From the IMG/VR virus record IMGVR_UViG_3300008339_000030, positions 58,531-78,530 of that record: a DNA stretch of 20,000 bases; one strand, 5' to 3'. The notes beneath the pieces are model-generated. The model had not been told where the DNA came from. It saw only the letters and a program-made list of their open reading frames with translations, and made no database searches. Source of the stretch: an uncultured virus (IMG/VR IMGVR_UViG_3300008339_000030) (taxonomy: Duplodnaviria; Heunggongvirae; Uroviricota; Caudoviricetes). The translations under genes were made by a program, and so were the position numbers. This document shows, in pieces, positions 1 to 8,874 of the stretch; positions within the stretch are counted from its first letter, which is position 1; each line of letters begins with the position of its first letter.

Positions 1-1
1 C

Positions 2-1003
2 AACCATTTTTGGAAATTCTGGAACGAAGCTGAAAAGGGTAAAAACGGGTTCGTTCATCACTTTATTCCATATTGGGAAATTCCGGGTCGTGATGAAGCC
101 TGGGCAGAAGAACAAAGAAAGACGTTGGGTGATGTGAAATTCAATCAAGAAGTACTATGTCAGTTTTTGGGTTCTACAAACACGTTGATTAATGGCGCAA
201 CACTGGCATATATGAGTAGTATGGATCCTGTGTTTTACAATGAAATGGGGTTGTCCATTTATACTGAACCCAGCAAAGATAGAATGTATGTCATTTGTGT
301 TGACGTTGCCCGAGGTGTGGGAGGAGATTATTCGGCATTCACCATTGTTGATGTCACTGAGATGCCGTATAAACTTGTAGGTAAGTTTAAAAACAATACC
401 ATTTCTCCCATGTTGTTCCCAGATGTCATTGTGAAAGCTGCACGAGATTACAATAATGCATATATACTTGTAGAAACAAATGACATTGGCGGACAAATTG
501 CAGACATTCTACATATTGAACATGAATATGAAAATATGCTCTGTACAATACAAGAAAACAAACAAACCTACATTAGTCCAGGATTTGCCAAATCCACAAC
601 AATGGGTGTTAGAACCACAAAGTCTGTGAAACGTCAAGGGTGTTTCGCCATCAAATCTCTCCTCGAGGAGAAAAAACTAAATATATTTGACGCCGAAACC
701 ATTCATGAATTTTCAACATTCATTGAGAAAAATGGTACATTCGTAGCTGACGAAGGATATCATGATGACTTAGTGATGACGTTAGTACTATTTGGTTGGC
801 TTACCACAAACCAATATTTCCGCGAACTCACAGACATCAACGTTCGTGAGAGAATCTACAAACAACAAATGATGCAAATTGAAGATGAACTGACACCATT
901 TGGTTTCATAGATGACGGCACTTCAGAATCCATATTTGTTGAGAACAATATTGTGTGGTCAACCGATAAATCTTTGCCATGGAACAACATCTACAAGAAT
1001 TAA
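2..1003 (+). CDS. gp17: Terminase large subunit, C-terminal nuclease portion (5' truncated by window edge)
   Basis: The frame is open from base 2 (NHFWKFWNEAEKGKNGF...WEIPGRDEAW...FNQE), so the listed 125 start is not the real start. RNase H-like nuclease motifs CVDVARGVGGDYSAF, VETND and GYHDDLVM are present, and it sits directly before the sheath gene as in T4. Confidence 0.96.
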   Translation, partial: NHFWKFWNEAEKGKNGFVHHFIPYWEIPGRDEAWAEEQRKTLGDVKFNQEVLCQFLGSTNTLINGATLAYMSSMDPVFYNEMGLSIYTEPSKDRMYVICVDVARGVGGDYSAFTIVDVTEMPYKLVGKFKNNTISPMLFPDVIVKAARDYNNAYILVETNDIGGQIADILHIEHEYENMLCTIQENKQTYISPGFAKSTTMGVRTTKSVKRQGCFAIKSLLEEKKLNIFDAETIHEFSTFIEKNGTFVADEGYHDDLVMTLVLFGWLTTNQYFRELTDINVRERIYKQQMMQIEDELTPFGFIDDGTSESIFVENNIVWSTDKSLPWNNIYKN

Positions 1004-1026
1004 AGTATTTTGAAGGTGTGTAAAGT

Positions 1027-1034
1027 TATAAATA
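1027..1034 (+). promoter_or_regulatory. T4-type late promoter TATAAATA upstream of gp18
   Basis: Exact gp55 consensus in the intergenic region; AGGAG RBS before the ATG at 1103. Confidence 0.88.
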
Positions 1035-1102
1035 TTATAAACCATAGTGTAATCACGCCCTGAAAATACTATTAAGATTTCAATCACTAACAGGAGAATA
1101 AA

Positions 1103-2776
1103 ATGGCATTTCAATTATCACCAGGCGTACTTGTAGTCGAAAAAGACCTAACAGGTATCGTTCCTGCTGTTGCCACATCAATAGGTGGCTACGTAGGAGC
1201 CTTCCAATGGGGTCCGGTAGAACAAATCACAACCATCAGCAACGAAGCTGAACTCGTCAAAACATTTGCAAAGCCAAACAATACAGTTGCCGCTAGCTGG
1301 TTCTCAGCCGCCAACTTCTTGGCATATGGCAACAACTTAAAGGTTGTTCGCTCAGTAGGTAGTAATGCAAAGAATGCTGTAACATCAGGCACAGCAATTC
1401 TCATCAAGAACGAAGACCAATGGGAAGCACAATATTCAAACGGCGCCGCATCAGTAGGTGAATGGGCTGCTAAGTTCCCAGGTGTTCTAGGTAACTCATT
1501 AAAGGTGTCAGCATGTGACGCTTCAGGCTTCTCAGCATGGACCTATCGCACAGAATTCGACGCAGCACCTGGCACATCAGACTTCCTCGTGAATTTAGGA
1601 AACACTGAAGCCGGCGACGAAATGCACATTGTCGTTGTTGACGAAGATGGTTTATGGACAGGCACACCTGGTACTGTACTAGAAAAGTTTGCATTCGTTT
1701 CAAAGGGTAGTGACGTTAAGAAGGCTGACGGATCAAATGCATTCTATCGTGATGTACTTCGTGGTTCACGTTACGTATATTGGATGGATCATCCTGCAGG
1801 AACAAACTGGGGCAGTGCTGCATCAGCATCAATCGAATATGATGGCTTAGGATCAGACGATTGGTCACTTGCCAATGGTGTTTCTGACGATGCACCATCA
1901 ACCGGCGCACTTCAAACAGGTTGGGACTTATTTGCCAATGCAGAAATCGTTGATGTAAATCTTCTATTCAACGGTCCTAACGCATTAGCAGTTGGACAAT
2001 ACATGATTCAAACTGCTCAAGCACGTATGGATTGCGTAGGTTTCGTTTCACCTCTCTTAGCATCTGTATTAAATAACGCAGGCAGCGAAGCTGAGGACAT
2101 CATCACAGACCGTCAAGATACATTAAATGTCAATACATCATATGGTGTTATGGACTCAGGTTGGAAATATCAATACGACAAGTACAATGATTTGTATCGT
2201 TGGGTTCCATTGAATGCCGACATTGCAGGTCTCTGTGCACGTACTGACACCATTGCCGATCCTTGGTTCTCACCAGGTGGTTTAAATCGTGGTCAAATCA
2301 AGAATGTTGTGAAGTTGGCATATTCACCTGACAAGACTGACCGCGATGAACTATATAAGAATGGCATCAACCCAGTTGTGTCATTCCCAGGCGAAGGTAC
2401 TGTATTGTTTGGCGACAAGACACTTCTTGCCAAGCCATCAGCTTTCGATAGAATCAACGTTCGTCGTTTGTTCATCGTTCTAGAAAAGGCAATTGCCACA
2501 GCAGGCAAGTATCAATTGTTTGAATTCAACGATGCCTTCACACGCGCACAATTCCGTAACTTAGTGGAACCATTCTTGCGCGATGTTCGTGGTCGTCGTG
2601 GTATCTTTGACTTCCGCGTAGTTTGCGATGAAACAAATAACACAGGCGAAGTCATTGACCGTAACGAATTCGTAGCTGACATCTTCATCAAGCCAGCTCG
2701 TTCAATCAACTTCATGCAATTGAACTTCATCGCCACACGTACTGGTGTGAGCTTTGAAGAAGTCGTAGGCGCCTAA
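1103..2776 (+). CDS. gp18: Contractile tail sheath protein
   Basis: N-terminal MAFQLSPGVLVVEKD and FQWGPV; C-terminal PWFSPGG, RDELY..GINPV, GDKT, SAFDRINVRRLF and FIKPARSINF, all typical of T4-like gp18. Confidence 0.97.
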   Translation: MAFQLSPGVLVVEKDLTGIVPAVATSIGGYVGAFQWGPVEQITTISNEAELVKTFAKPNNTVAASWFSAANFLAYGNNLKVVRSVGSNAKNAVTSGTAILIKNEDQWEAQYSNGAASVGEWAAKFPGVLGNSLKVSACDASGFSAWTYRTEFDAAPGTSDFLVNLGNTEAGDEMHIVVVDEDGLWTGTPGTVLEKFAFVSKGSDVKKADGSNAFYRDVLRGSRYVYWMDHPAGTNWGSAASASIEYDGLGSDDWSLANGVSDDAPSTGALQTGWDLFANAEIVDVNLLFNGPNALAVGQYMIQTAQARMDCVGFVSPLLASVLNNAGSEAEDIITDRQDTLNVNTSYGVMDSGWKYQYDKYNDLYRWVPLNADIAGLCARTDTIADPWFSPGGLNRGQIKNVVKLAYSPDKTDRDELYKNGINPVVSFPGEGTVLFGDKTLLAKPSAFDRINVRRLFIVLEKAIATAGKYQLFEFNDAFTRAQFRNLVEPFLRDVRGRRGIFDFRVVCDETNNTGEVIDRNEFVADIFIKPARSINFMQLNFIATRTGVSFEEVVGA

Positions 2777-2784
2777 ACTAAATA
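2777..2784 (+). promoter_or_regulatory. Late promoter variant ACTAAATA upstream of gp19
   Basis: TAAATA core directly after the gp18 stop, followed by AGGAG and the ATG at 2806. Confidence 0.6.
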
Positions 2785-2805
2785 ACTTCTAGGAGATAGA
2801 AACAA

Positions 2806-3321
2806 ATGGATATTACCCAATTTAGAAACAAGTTAGGCGCAGGTGGTGCTCGTCCAAATCAATTTTTGGTAACACTTACTTGGCCTGCAGCAGTAGGAGT
2901 AGCCGCTTCTGATGACTCATTACTTGTCACAGCCGCTGCACTCCCTGCATCAAACGTTAACCCAACAATCGTTCAATATCGTGGTCGTGAAGTAAAGATG
3001 GCAGGAGAACGCATCTTTGATCCATGGACAATCACAGTTATCAACGATACATCTTTGAAGATGCGTCAATACTTCGAACGCTGGACAAACTTAATGAACG
3101 ACCGTGTAAACAACGGTGGTCAATTAACCCCTGCGTTGTATCAATGTGATTTACGTGTACAACAATTGGATAGAAATGATGTTACACTTCGTACATATGA
3201 AATTCGTAACGCATTCCCAATTAACGTTTCAGAAATTGCATTAGCATACAGTCAAAATGATGTCATTTCAGAATTCACAGTGACTTTCCAATATTCGCAT
3301 TTTGACGTAACACCTGTTTAA
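2806..3321 (+). CDS. gp19: Tail tube protein
   Basis: GGARPNQF, YRGREVKMAGERIFDPWTITVIND, AFPINVSEI and EFTVTF motifs; lies between sheath and portal. Confidence 0.96.
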   Translation: MDITQFRNKLGAGGARPNQFLVTLTWPAAVGVAASDDSLLVTAAALPASNVNPTIVQYRGREVKMAGERIFDPWTITVINDTSLKMRQYFERWTNLMNDRVNNGGQLTPALYQCDLRVQQLDRNDVTLRTYEIRNAFPINVSEIALAYSQNDVISEFTVTFQYSHFDVTPV

Positions 3322-3343
3322 TCTTTGACAAGGTAAAAATATT

Positions 3344-4927
3344 ATGGATATTTTTGGATATAGCATCAAGCGGAAGGAGCCCGCACGAACTGAAATTAGT
3401 TTCGTGCCTCCTTCCGACGATGGTGCTCTCGACACTGTCCGGGCAGGTGGGTACTACGGTACCTACCTCGACCTGGATAATGCAGCAAAAAATGAATCAG
3501 ATTTAATTCAACGCTATCGTGCCATTTCTTTAATGGCGGATGTTGATAGTGCCATTGATGATATCGTCAATGAATCCATTGCCAATATTGAAGATGAGGA
3601 TCCTATTGAAATTGATTTAGATGATGTAAAGGCTCCAGCATCAATCAAGAAAGCCATCAAGGAAGAATTTGCAAACATCACACAAATTCTTGACTTTAAA
3701 CATCGAGCACAAGATTATTTTCGTCGCTGGTATGTAGATGGTCGTGTGTATTTTCACAAAGTTGTAGACGTAGCAAAACCCAAACAAGGGTTAACTGATA
3801 TTCGTTATATTGATCCAAGAAAAATCAAGAAAATCAGAAACGTCATTAAAGAAACTGAAAAAAATACAGGTGTAGAACTTGTACGTAAGGTGGAAGAATT
3901 TTTCGTATATAATGAAAAGGGTGTATTAACTACACCTGTGACACAAGCAAGTCCAAGTGCCACACAAGGATTGAAAATAACCAAAGACGCCATTTGTTAT
4001 GTCCCATCAGGTTTAGTTGATGTAGATAATAACATGGTGTTGAGCTATTTACATAAAGCCATCAAAACAGCAAACCAATTGCGTATGATGGAAAATGCTC
4101 TTGTCATCTATCGTTTAGCAAGAGCGCCCGAAAGAAGAATTTTCTATATTGATGTAGGTAACCTTCCCAAGTTGAAGGCTGAACAATACATCAAGGACAT
4201 CATGAATCGTTATCGCAACAAGTTGGTGTATGATGCCAACACAGGCGAGATTCGTGATGATAAAAAGACTATGAGCTTGTTGGAAGATTTCTGGTTGCCT
4301 CGTCGTGAAGGAGGTAAGGGTACTGAAATTGATACTCTACCTGGTGGTCAAAACCTCGGTGAAATTGCCGACATTGAATACTTCCAACGTAAGTTGTATG
4401 AAAGTTTATATGTTCCTGTTTCTCGTTTGCAACAACAATCAGGATTGAACTTTGGTCGTGCCGCTGAAATTAATCGTGATGAATTGAAGTTCACAAAATT
4501 CATCAATAAATTGCGCCGTCAATTTTCACGTATGTTTGATGACCTGTTGAAAACACAACTTGTGTTAAAAGGTGTCACAACTGAAACTGATTGGGAAGAA
4601 ATGAAGGAAGATATCAAGTATAAGTTTGCTCAAGATGCCTATTATTCTGAAAGCAAAGACCAAGAATTGTTGCGGGCTCGCGTTGAATTACTATCACAAC
4701 TTGCAGAATTTGATGGTAAATATATAAGTAAGAGTTACATTCAAAAGCATGTGTTGCGTTTAACTGATGAAGAAATTGCACAAATGAATTCAGAAAACGA
4801 AGAAGCTGCTTCAGCAGGAATGGATTACTCTGAACCCCTTGAAGACCCAAATCAGCCCGGCAACATATTACCTAAGGGATCTCCTTTCCCCGCCCCACCG
4901 GAGAAGAAAAAGAATGGAACTACATGA
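3344..4927 (+). CDS. gp20: Portal vertex protein
   Basis: FRRWYVDGR, YIDPRKI, LSYLHKAIK..NQLRMMENALVIYRLARAPERRIFYIDVGNLPK and EDFWLPRREGGKGTEIDTLPGGQNLG, all hallmark T4-like gp20 sequences. Confidence 0.98.
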   Translation: MDIFGYSIKRKEPARTEISFVPPSDDGALDTVRAGGYYGTYLDLDNAAKNESDLIQRYRAISLMADVDSAIDDIVNESIANIEDEDPIEIDLDDVKAPASIKKAIKEEFANITQILDFKHRAQDYFRRWYVDGRVYFHKVVDVAKPKQGLTDIRYIDPRKIKKIRNVIKETEKNTGVELVRKVEEFFVYNEKGVLTTPVTQASPSATQGLKITKDAICYVPSGLVDVDNNMVLSYLHKAIKTANQLRMMENALVIYRLARAPERRIFYIDVGNLPKLKAEQYIKDIMNRYRNKLVYDANTGEIRDDKKTMSLLEDFWLPRREGGKGTEIDTLPGGQNLGEIADIEYFQRKLYESLYVPVSRLQQQSGLNFGRAAEINRDELKFTKFINKLRRQFSRMFDDLLKTQLVLKGVTTETDWEEMKEDIKYKFAQDAYYSESKDQELLRARVELLSQLAEFDGKYISKSYIQKHVLRLTDEEIAQMNSENEEAASAGMDYSEPLEDPNQPGNILPKGSPFPAPPEKKKNGTT

Positions 4928-6101
4928 GGTTAAGATAGGCGATACCGTTTCTTTCACCCATAAAGGAAAGAAAGTTACAGGTAGAGTAATACATCGTCAC
5001 GACGGAAATAAGAATTCTGCCCTTGCGGGTCATGTGAATATTCAGCCATCAAATGCAGATTCTAATCCCCATACCATACATGTGTCTAAATTAAAACCTG
5101 CTACACAAATAAAAGAGGATATTCAGATGGCAGATATTAACGAACAAATTTTAGATTTAATTGATAACATTGAAGCAGGCAATCATCTAGAAGCCAATAA
5201 CATCTTCAACGAATTATTACAATCAAAAATTGATGCTTTGCTTGATGCAAAGAAAAATGAAGTTTCTTCATCAATGTTCAACACAGAAGAATGTGCTGAA
5301 TGTATGGAAGAAGAAAAGAAAATGAAGAAGGAAAAGAAAGAAGATGAGGATGACGATGAAGAAGATGACTACGAAGATGAAGATGAAAGAATGGATGAAG
5401 CTTTAATTGGTGGTCAAAAGAAAATTGATGTCAACAAGAATGGTAAATTAGATGCCATGGACTTCAAGATGCTTCGTGCCAAGAAGAAGGGCATGAAGGA
5501 AGAAGTGAAATCAACTTCAGAAGCATATTCAGATCCATATGCTGCCAAGAAGGCGGCTGAAATGAAGAAGTCATATAGTAAGACTATGGCAGATGCCAAG
5601 AAGGAATATGAAGCTGCCAAGAAGCCAAAGTTTGCCAAGAACTTCATGAAGATGAAGAACGAAGAAGTGAAGCCCATTGATGAATGGAAATCTGCAACGC
5701 TCGGTTCGTATATCAAAAAGGCAGCAGATTCATATGCAGGTGAAGCTCAGTCTGGTACATACCAAAAGGTAGACAAGCGAGAAAGAGGAATTGCAAATGC
5801 TACAAACAAGCTTGTTAAGCGTGCAAAGGCTAATGAAGAAGTGGAATCCATTGATGAAATTTCTTCTGAAACTTTGAAGTCGTATCAACGAAAGTCCATG
5901 GATCAAGGCACCAGAGTGTTGAAGAAGCAAGAAGCACCTTTGTCAGCAAAAAAATTTGCCAAGCGCGTGAAGGGTATGGCCCGTTCCTCACAAATATTAG
6001 ACAAGCGTGAACCTCCCAAAAAACTTTATAGAGGTGACAACAAGGGTGGATATCCAAAACAATGGGATGAAAGTACAAAGTTCACCGTTGAAAAGGATTA
6101 A
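4914..6101 (+). CDS. Modular prohead core / internal head protein containing a gp67-like segment (alternative start at 5127)
   Basis: ATG at 4914 with GGAG at 4900-4903; a second ATG at 5127 with GAGG at 5115-5118 begins a helical segment (MADINEQILDLIDNI...LLQSKIDALLDAKKNEVSSSMF) resembling the small core protein found after gp20. The rest is E/D/K-rich with repeats. Occupies the T4 gp67 position. Confidence 0.65.
   Translation: MELHEVKIGDTVSFTHKGKKVTGRVIHRHDGNKNSALAGHVNIQPSNADSNPHTIHVSKLKPATQIKEDIQMADINEQILDLIDNIEAGNHLEANNIFNELLQSKIDALLDAKKNEVSSSMFNTEECAECMEEEKKMKKEKKEDEDDDEEDDYEDEDERMDEALIGGQKKIDVNKNGKLDAMDFKMLRAKKKGMKEEVKSTSEAYSDPYAAKKAAEMKKSYSKTMADAKKEYEAAKKPKFAKNFMKMKNEEVKPIDEWKSATLGSYIKKAADSYAGEAQSGTYQKVDKRERGIANATNKLVKRAKANEEVESIDEISSETLKSYQRKSMDQGTRVLKKQEAPLSAKKFAKRVKGMARSSQILDKREPPKKLYRGDNKGGYPKQWDESTKFTVEKD
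5658..5894 (+). repeat. Two imperfect 21-codon repeats (5658-5720 and 5832-5894), NEEVxxIDExxSxTLxSYxxK
   Basis: NEEVKPIDEWKSATLGSYIKK versus NEEVESIDEISSETLKSYQRK; also visible in the DNA (gaagaagtg...ccattgatgaa...tcgtat). Confidence 0.8.
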
Positions 6102-6103
6102 TC

Positions 6104-6454
6104 ATGGCAAAGATGAGCGAAAAGGATATGGCTCAACGAGAAAAGATTGTGAAGTCCATGAAGAAAAACTTCAAAGATTTTCGCAAACGTTACGGTGCCA
6201 ATGCAAAAAATGTAATGTATGCCACAGCCACTAAAATGGCAATGAAGGAAGAAACATCCGAAGAAAGAGGTGAATATGATTATGAAGGTGATATGGCAAA
6301 ATCTTCATTGAAAACAATTATTCGTAATGCACAAGAAATGCATGATATGTTATCTGAAGATACCAATCTTCCTGAATGGGTTCAAGGCAAAATTACCTTA
6401 GCAGAAGATTATATTGTATCGGCTGCACAATATATGCAATCAGAATCGGAGTAA
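6104..6454 (+). CDS. Hypothetical protein, probably head-internal (basic N-terminal module plus acidic helical module)
   Basis: AAGGA RBS and tight packing in the head operon; basic REKIVKSMKK...RYG...VMYATATKMA followed by DYEGDMAK...LPEWVQGKITLAEDYI. Confidence 0.7.
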   Translation: MAKMSEKDMAQREKIVKSMKKNFKDFRKRYGANAKNVMYATATKMAMKEETSEERGEYDYEGDMAKSSLKTIIRNAQEMHDMLSEDTNLPEWVQGKITLAEDYIVSAAQYMQSESE

Positions 6455-6457
6455 CAA

Positions 6458-6832
6458 ATGGCCATATCAATACTTAAAAAGACACCCATACATGTTGTAG
6501 TTGCCATTACAGGCGCAAATGCATCTGAAACCATTGATTTAGAAACAACACTAGAAACTACAACACAGAATGCCGCAACACCTAAGGCAAATATTAGTGG
6601 CATCTATTGGTCAATACCTTCAGGTAACGGAACCGTTTCAAGAAATTCTGTACAACTTTGGGCTATGACAGGTGCACGTGATTTTCAATTTCACGGATTT
6701 TCTGATAACAGAGAAAATGGTAGTAACATAGTTGTGACATTACCCGCAGGTGGTGGTACCATTATTCTTGAAATCATGAAGGTCTCAGGATATGGTGATA
6801 CACAACATCTTAATCAATCAATAGGAGCATAA
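6458..6832 (+). CDS. Hypothetical beta-rich protein directly upstream of the prohead protease (probably structural)
   Basis: GGAG RBS; 2-3 nt gaps to both neighbours; T/S/G/I-rich composition. No function recognised. Confidence 0.7.
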   Translation: MAISILKKTPIHVVVAITGANASETIDLETTLETTTQNAATPKANISGIYWSIPSGNGTVSRNSVQLWAMTGARDFQFHGFSDNRENGSNIVVTLPAGGGTIILEIMKVSGYGDTQHLNQSIGA

Positions 6833-6834
6833 TC

Positions 6835-7485
6835 ATGAGACTCATTGCTGAAATAGTTGAAGATGTTCAAATCATCAACGAAGAAAATTCAAAAAATCTT
6901 TTCATTGAAGGTGTGTTTCTTCAAAGTGAAATTGCCAATAAAAATTCACGTATCTATCCCAAGACAGTTATGGAACGCGAAGTAAAGCGTTACATGAAGG
7001 AATATGTCGAAGCCAATCGCGCATTTGGTGAACTGGGACATCCTGAAGGTCCAACCATCAATCTTGACCGTGTCTCTCACATGATTGTGTCATTGAAGGA
7101 AGATGGAAACAATTATGTTGGTCGTGCAAAAATCATGAACACCCCAATGGGTAATATTGCACGTAACATCATTGAAGGTGGTGGTAAGTTGGGTGTGTCG
7201 TCACGCGGATTGGGTTCATTAAAAACCACTTCAGAAGGTATCAACGAAGTTCAAGATGATTTCTATCTTGCAACGGCGGCTGACATTGTGGCTGACCCTT
7301 CGGCACCTGATGCTTTCGTACAAGGGATTATGGAAAATAAGGATTGGATGTTTGTAAATGGTTCATGGACATATCAAAATATGGATGAAACTAAGAAGCT
7401 GATTGAAAAGACCAATCAACGTCAATTGCAAGAAATGAAGATTCGTGCCTTTGAAACCTTCTTAAATGCCATTTCAAAGAAATAA
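6835..7485 (+). CDS. gp21: Prohead core protease
   Basis: LFIEGVFLQSE..NKNSRIYP, AFGELGHP (catalytic His), GVSSRGLGS (catalytic Ser) and DIVADPSAPDAFV. Confidence 0.97.
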   Translation: MRLIAEIVEDVQIINEENSKNLFIEGVFLQSEIANKNSRIYPKTVMEREVKRYMKEYVEANRAFGELGHPEGPTINLDRVSHMIVSLKEDGNNYVGRAKIMNTPMGNIARNIIEGGGKLGVSSRGLGSLKTTSEGINEVQDDFYLATAADIVADPSAPDAFVQGIMENKDWMFVNGSWTYQNMDETKKLIEKTNQRQLQEMKIRAFETFLNAISKK

Positions 7486-7490
7486 ACTCG

Positions 7491-7498
7491 TATAAATA
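7491..7498 (+). promoter_or_regulatory. T4-type late promoter TATAAATA upstream of gp22
   Basis: Exact consensus, intergenic; AGGAG before the ATG at 7535. Confidence 0.88.
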
Positions 7499-7534
7499 AT
7501 ATAAAGTTTTTGAAACAACTACAGGAGATACTAA

Positions 7535-8818
7535 ATGTCAGTAGAAAACAAGATTCGAGAAATGATGGCTAAAAAGCTCGATGAAGCCTTCCCAGGAATG
7601 GGTAAGAATTTGGAAACTAAGGCTCCAGCTCAAGGCTCATCACAAACACCAGAAGTTCAAATGATGCACAAGGGCGGTGGCGCAGAAAAGCCATCAAACC
7701 CTGTAAATCAATTACAAGCAGGCGCAGGCCCCAAAGAAGCTGCTCCCATGAAGCAAGGTTCATCACAAGATGCTTCAATTGATTTAGAAACTGATGAAAA
7801 GAATCAAGGTAAGGCACAAGCATCAAAGAAGGCTAAGATGCCTACTGTTTCACATCAAGGTGCAGGCGCTGCCACTAACTACACAACAGTAGCAGATCCA
7901 TCATCTGTCATCAACCAAGCATCTTCAAAGGGCAATGTTCACCAAGAAGAAGCTGAAGTAGAAGGCGAAGAAGTCATTTCAGAAGAAGAATACAATGCTC
8001 TTTCAGAAGAAGAAAAGGCACAATATTCATTAGTAGAAGAAGGCCCAGAAGAAACTGAAGAAGAAGATGAAACAGCACTTGCCGAAGCCATGGAAAACAT
8101 GAAGGCTGAATTGGCAAAGGATGTTGAAAATCTTTTTGCATCAGAAGTTGACTTGTCAGAAGAATTCAAGACAAAGGCAGCTTCATTATTCGAAGCCGTC
8201 GTAACTGCTCGCGTTGCTCACGAAGTAGAAAAGATGCAAGATGCGCTTGCTGAACAAGCAGCACACACCGTCGTGAACATCCACGAAGAAATGGTTTCAA
8301 AGATTGATGCCTATCTCTCATATGTTGCTGAACAATGGTTGGCAAACAATGAAGTTGCAATTGAAACAGGACTTCGTGCAGAAGTCACTGAAGATTTCAT
8401 TGCAGGCTTGAAGGTGTTGTTCAAGGAACACTACATTGAAGTTCCTGAAGAAAAGTACGATGTTTTAGGCGACATGCAAAATCAAATTGATACATTAACT
8501 GCACAAGTTAACGAATCATTGGCAAAGGCAGTTGAACTTAATACAGAGTTGAACGAAGCAAAGCGTGAAGTTGTATTCTCAAAGGCAACAAGTGACTTAG
8601 CACAAACTGAAGCTGAAAAACTTCGCGGCTTGATTGAAGAAGTTGAATTTGAAAATGAAGAATTATTTGAACAAAAGATTTCAGTTATTAAAAATAACTA
8701 CTTCCCCAAGTCAACTGTTTCTTCACCCATCACAGAAGAAGTGGTAGAAACACAAGAAGTATCAGGTACGGTTGCTAAATATGCAGAAATGCTTTCACGC
8801 AACACATTTGGAAAATAA
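7535..8818 (+). CDS. gp22: Prohead core scaffold protein with a long low-complexity N-terminal extension
   Basis: LSEEFKTKAASLFEAVV, KIDAYLSYVAEQW, FIAGLKVLFKEHYIEVPEEK and IKNNYF; lies between gp21 and gp23; acidic and coiled-coil-like. Confidence 0.93.
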   Translation: MSVENKIREMMAKKLDEAFPGMGKNLETKAPAQGSSQTPEVQMMHKGGGAEKPSNPVNQLQAGAGPKEAAPMKQGSSQDASIDLETDEKNQGKAQASKKAKMPTVSHQGAGAATNYTTVADPSSVINQASSKGNVHQEEAEVEGEEVISEEEYNALSEEEKAQYSLVEEGPEETEEEDETALAEAMENMKAELAKDVENLFASEVDLSEEFKTKAASLFEAVVTARVAHEVEKMQDALAEQAAHTVVNIHEEMVSKIDAYLSYVAEQWLANNEVAIETGLRAEVTEDFIAGLKVLFKEHYIEVPEEKYDVLGDMQNQIDTLTAQVNESLAKAVELNTELNEAKREVVFSKATSDLAQTEAEKLRGLIEEVEFENEELFEQKISVIKNNYFPKSTVSSPITEEVVETQEVSGTVAKYAEMLSRNTFGK

Positions 8819-8824
8819 AGCTAG

Positions 8825-8832
8825 TATAAATA
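8825..8832 (+). promoter_or_regulatory. T4-type late promoter TATAAATA upstream of gp23
   Basis: Exact consensus, intergenic; AGGAG before the ATG at 8875. Confidence 0.9.
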
Positions 8833-8874
8833 ATAGTAACGTTTAACAGTAAACAAAAACTCAGGAGAACGTAA

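Noticed and set aside
3325..3354. TTGACA upstream of gp20 as an early promoter
   Set aside because: No good -10 at 16-17 nt spacing, and any start would fall inside the gp20 coding sequence.
4839..4927. Programmed frameshift fusing portal to the downstream core protein (GAAAAAG near 4906)
   Set aside because: The downstream ORF is in the +1 frame, whereas this motif would suggest -1 slippage; the heptamer is imperfect, and an RBS plus ATG at 4914 explains the overlap.
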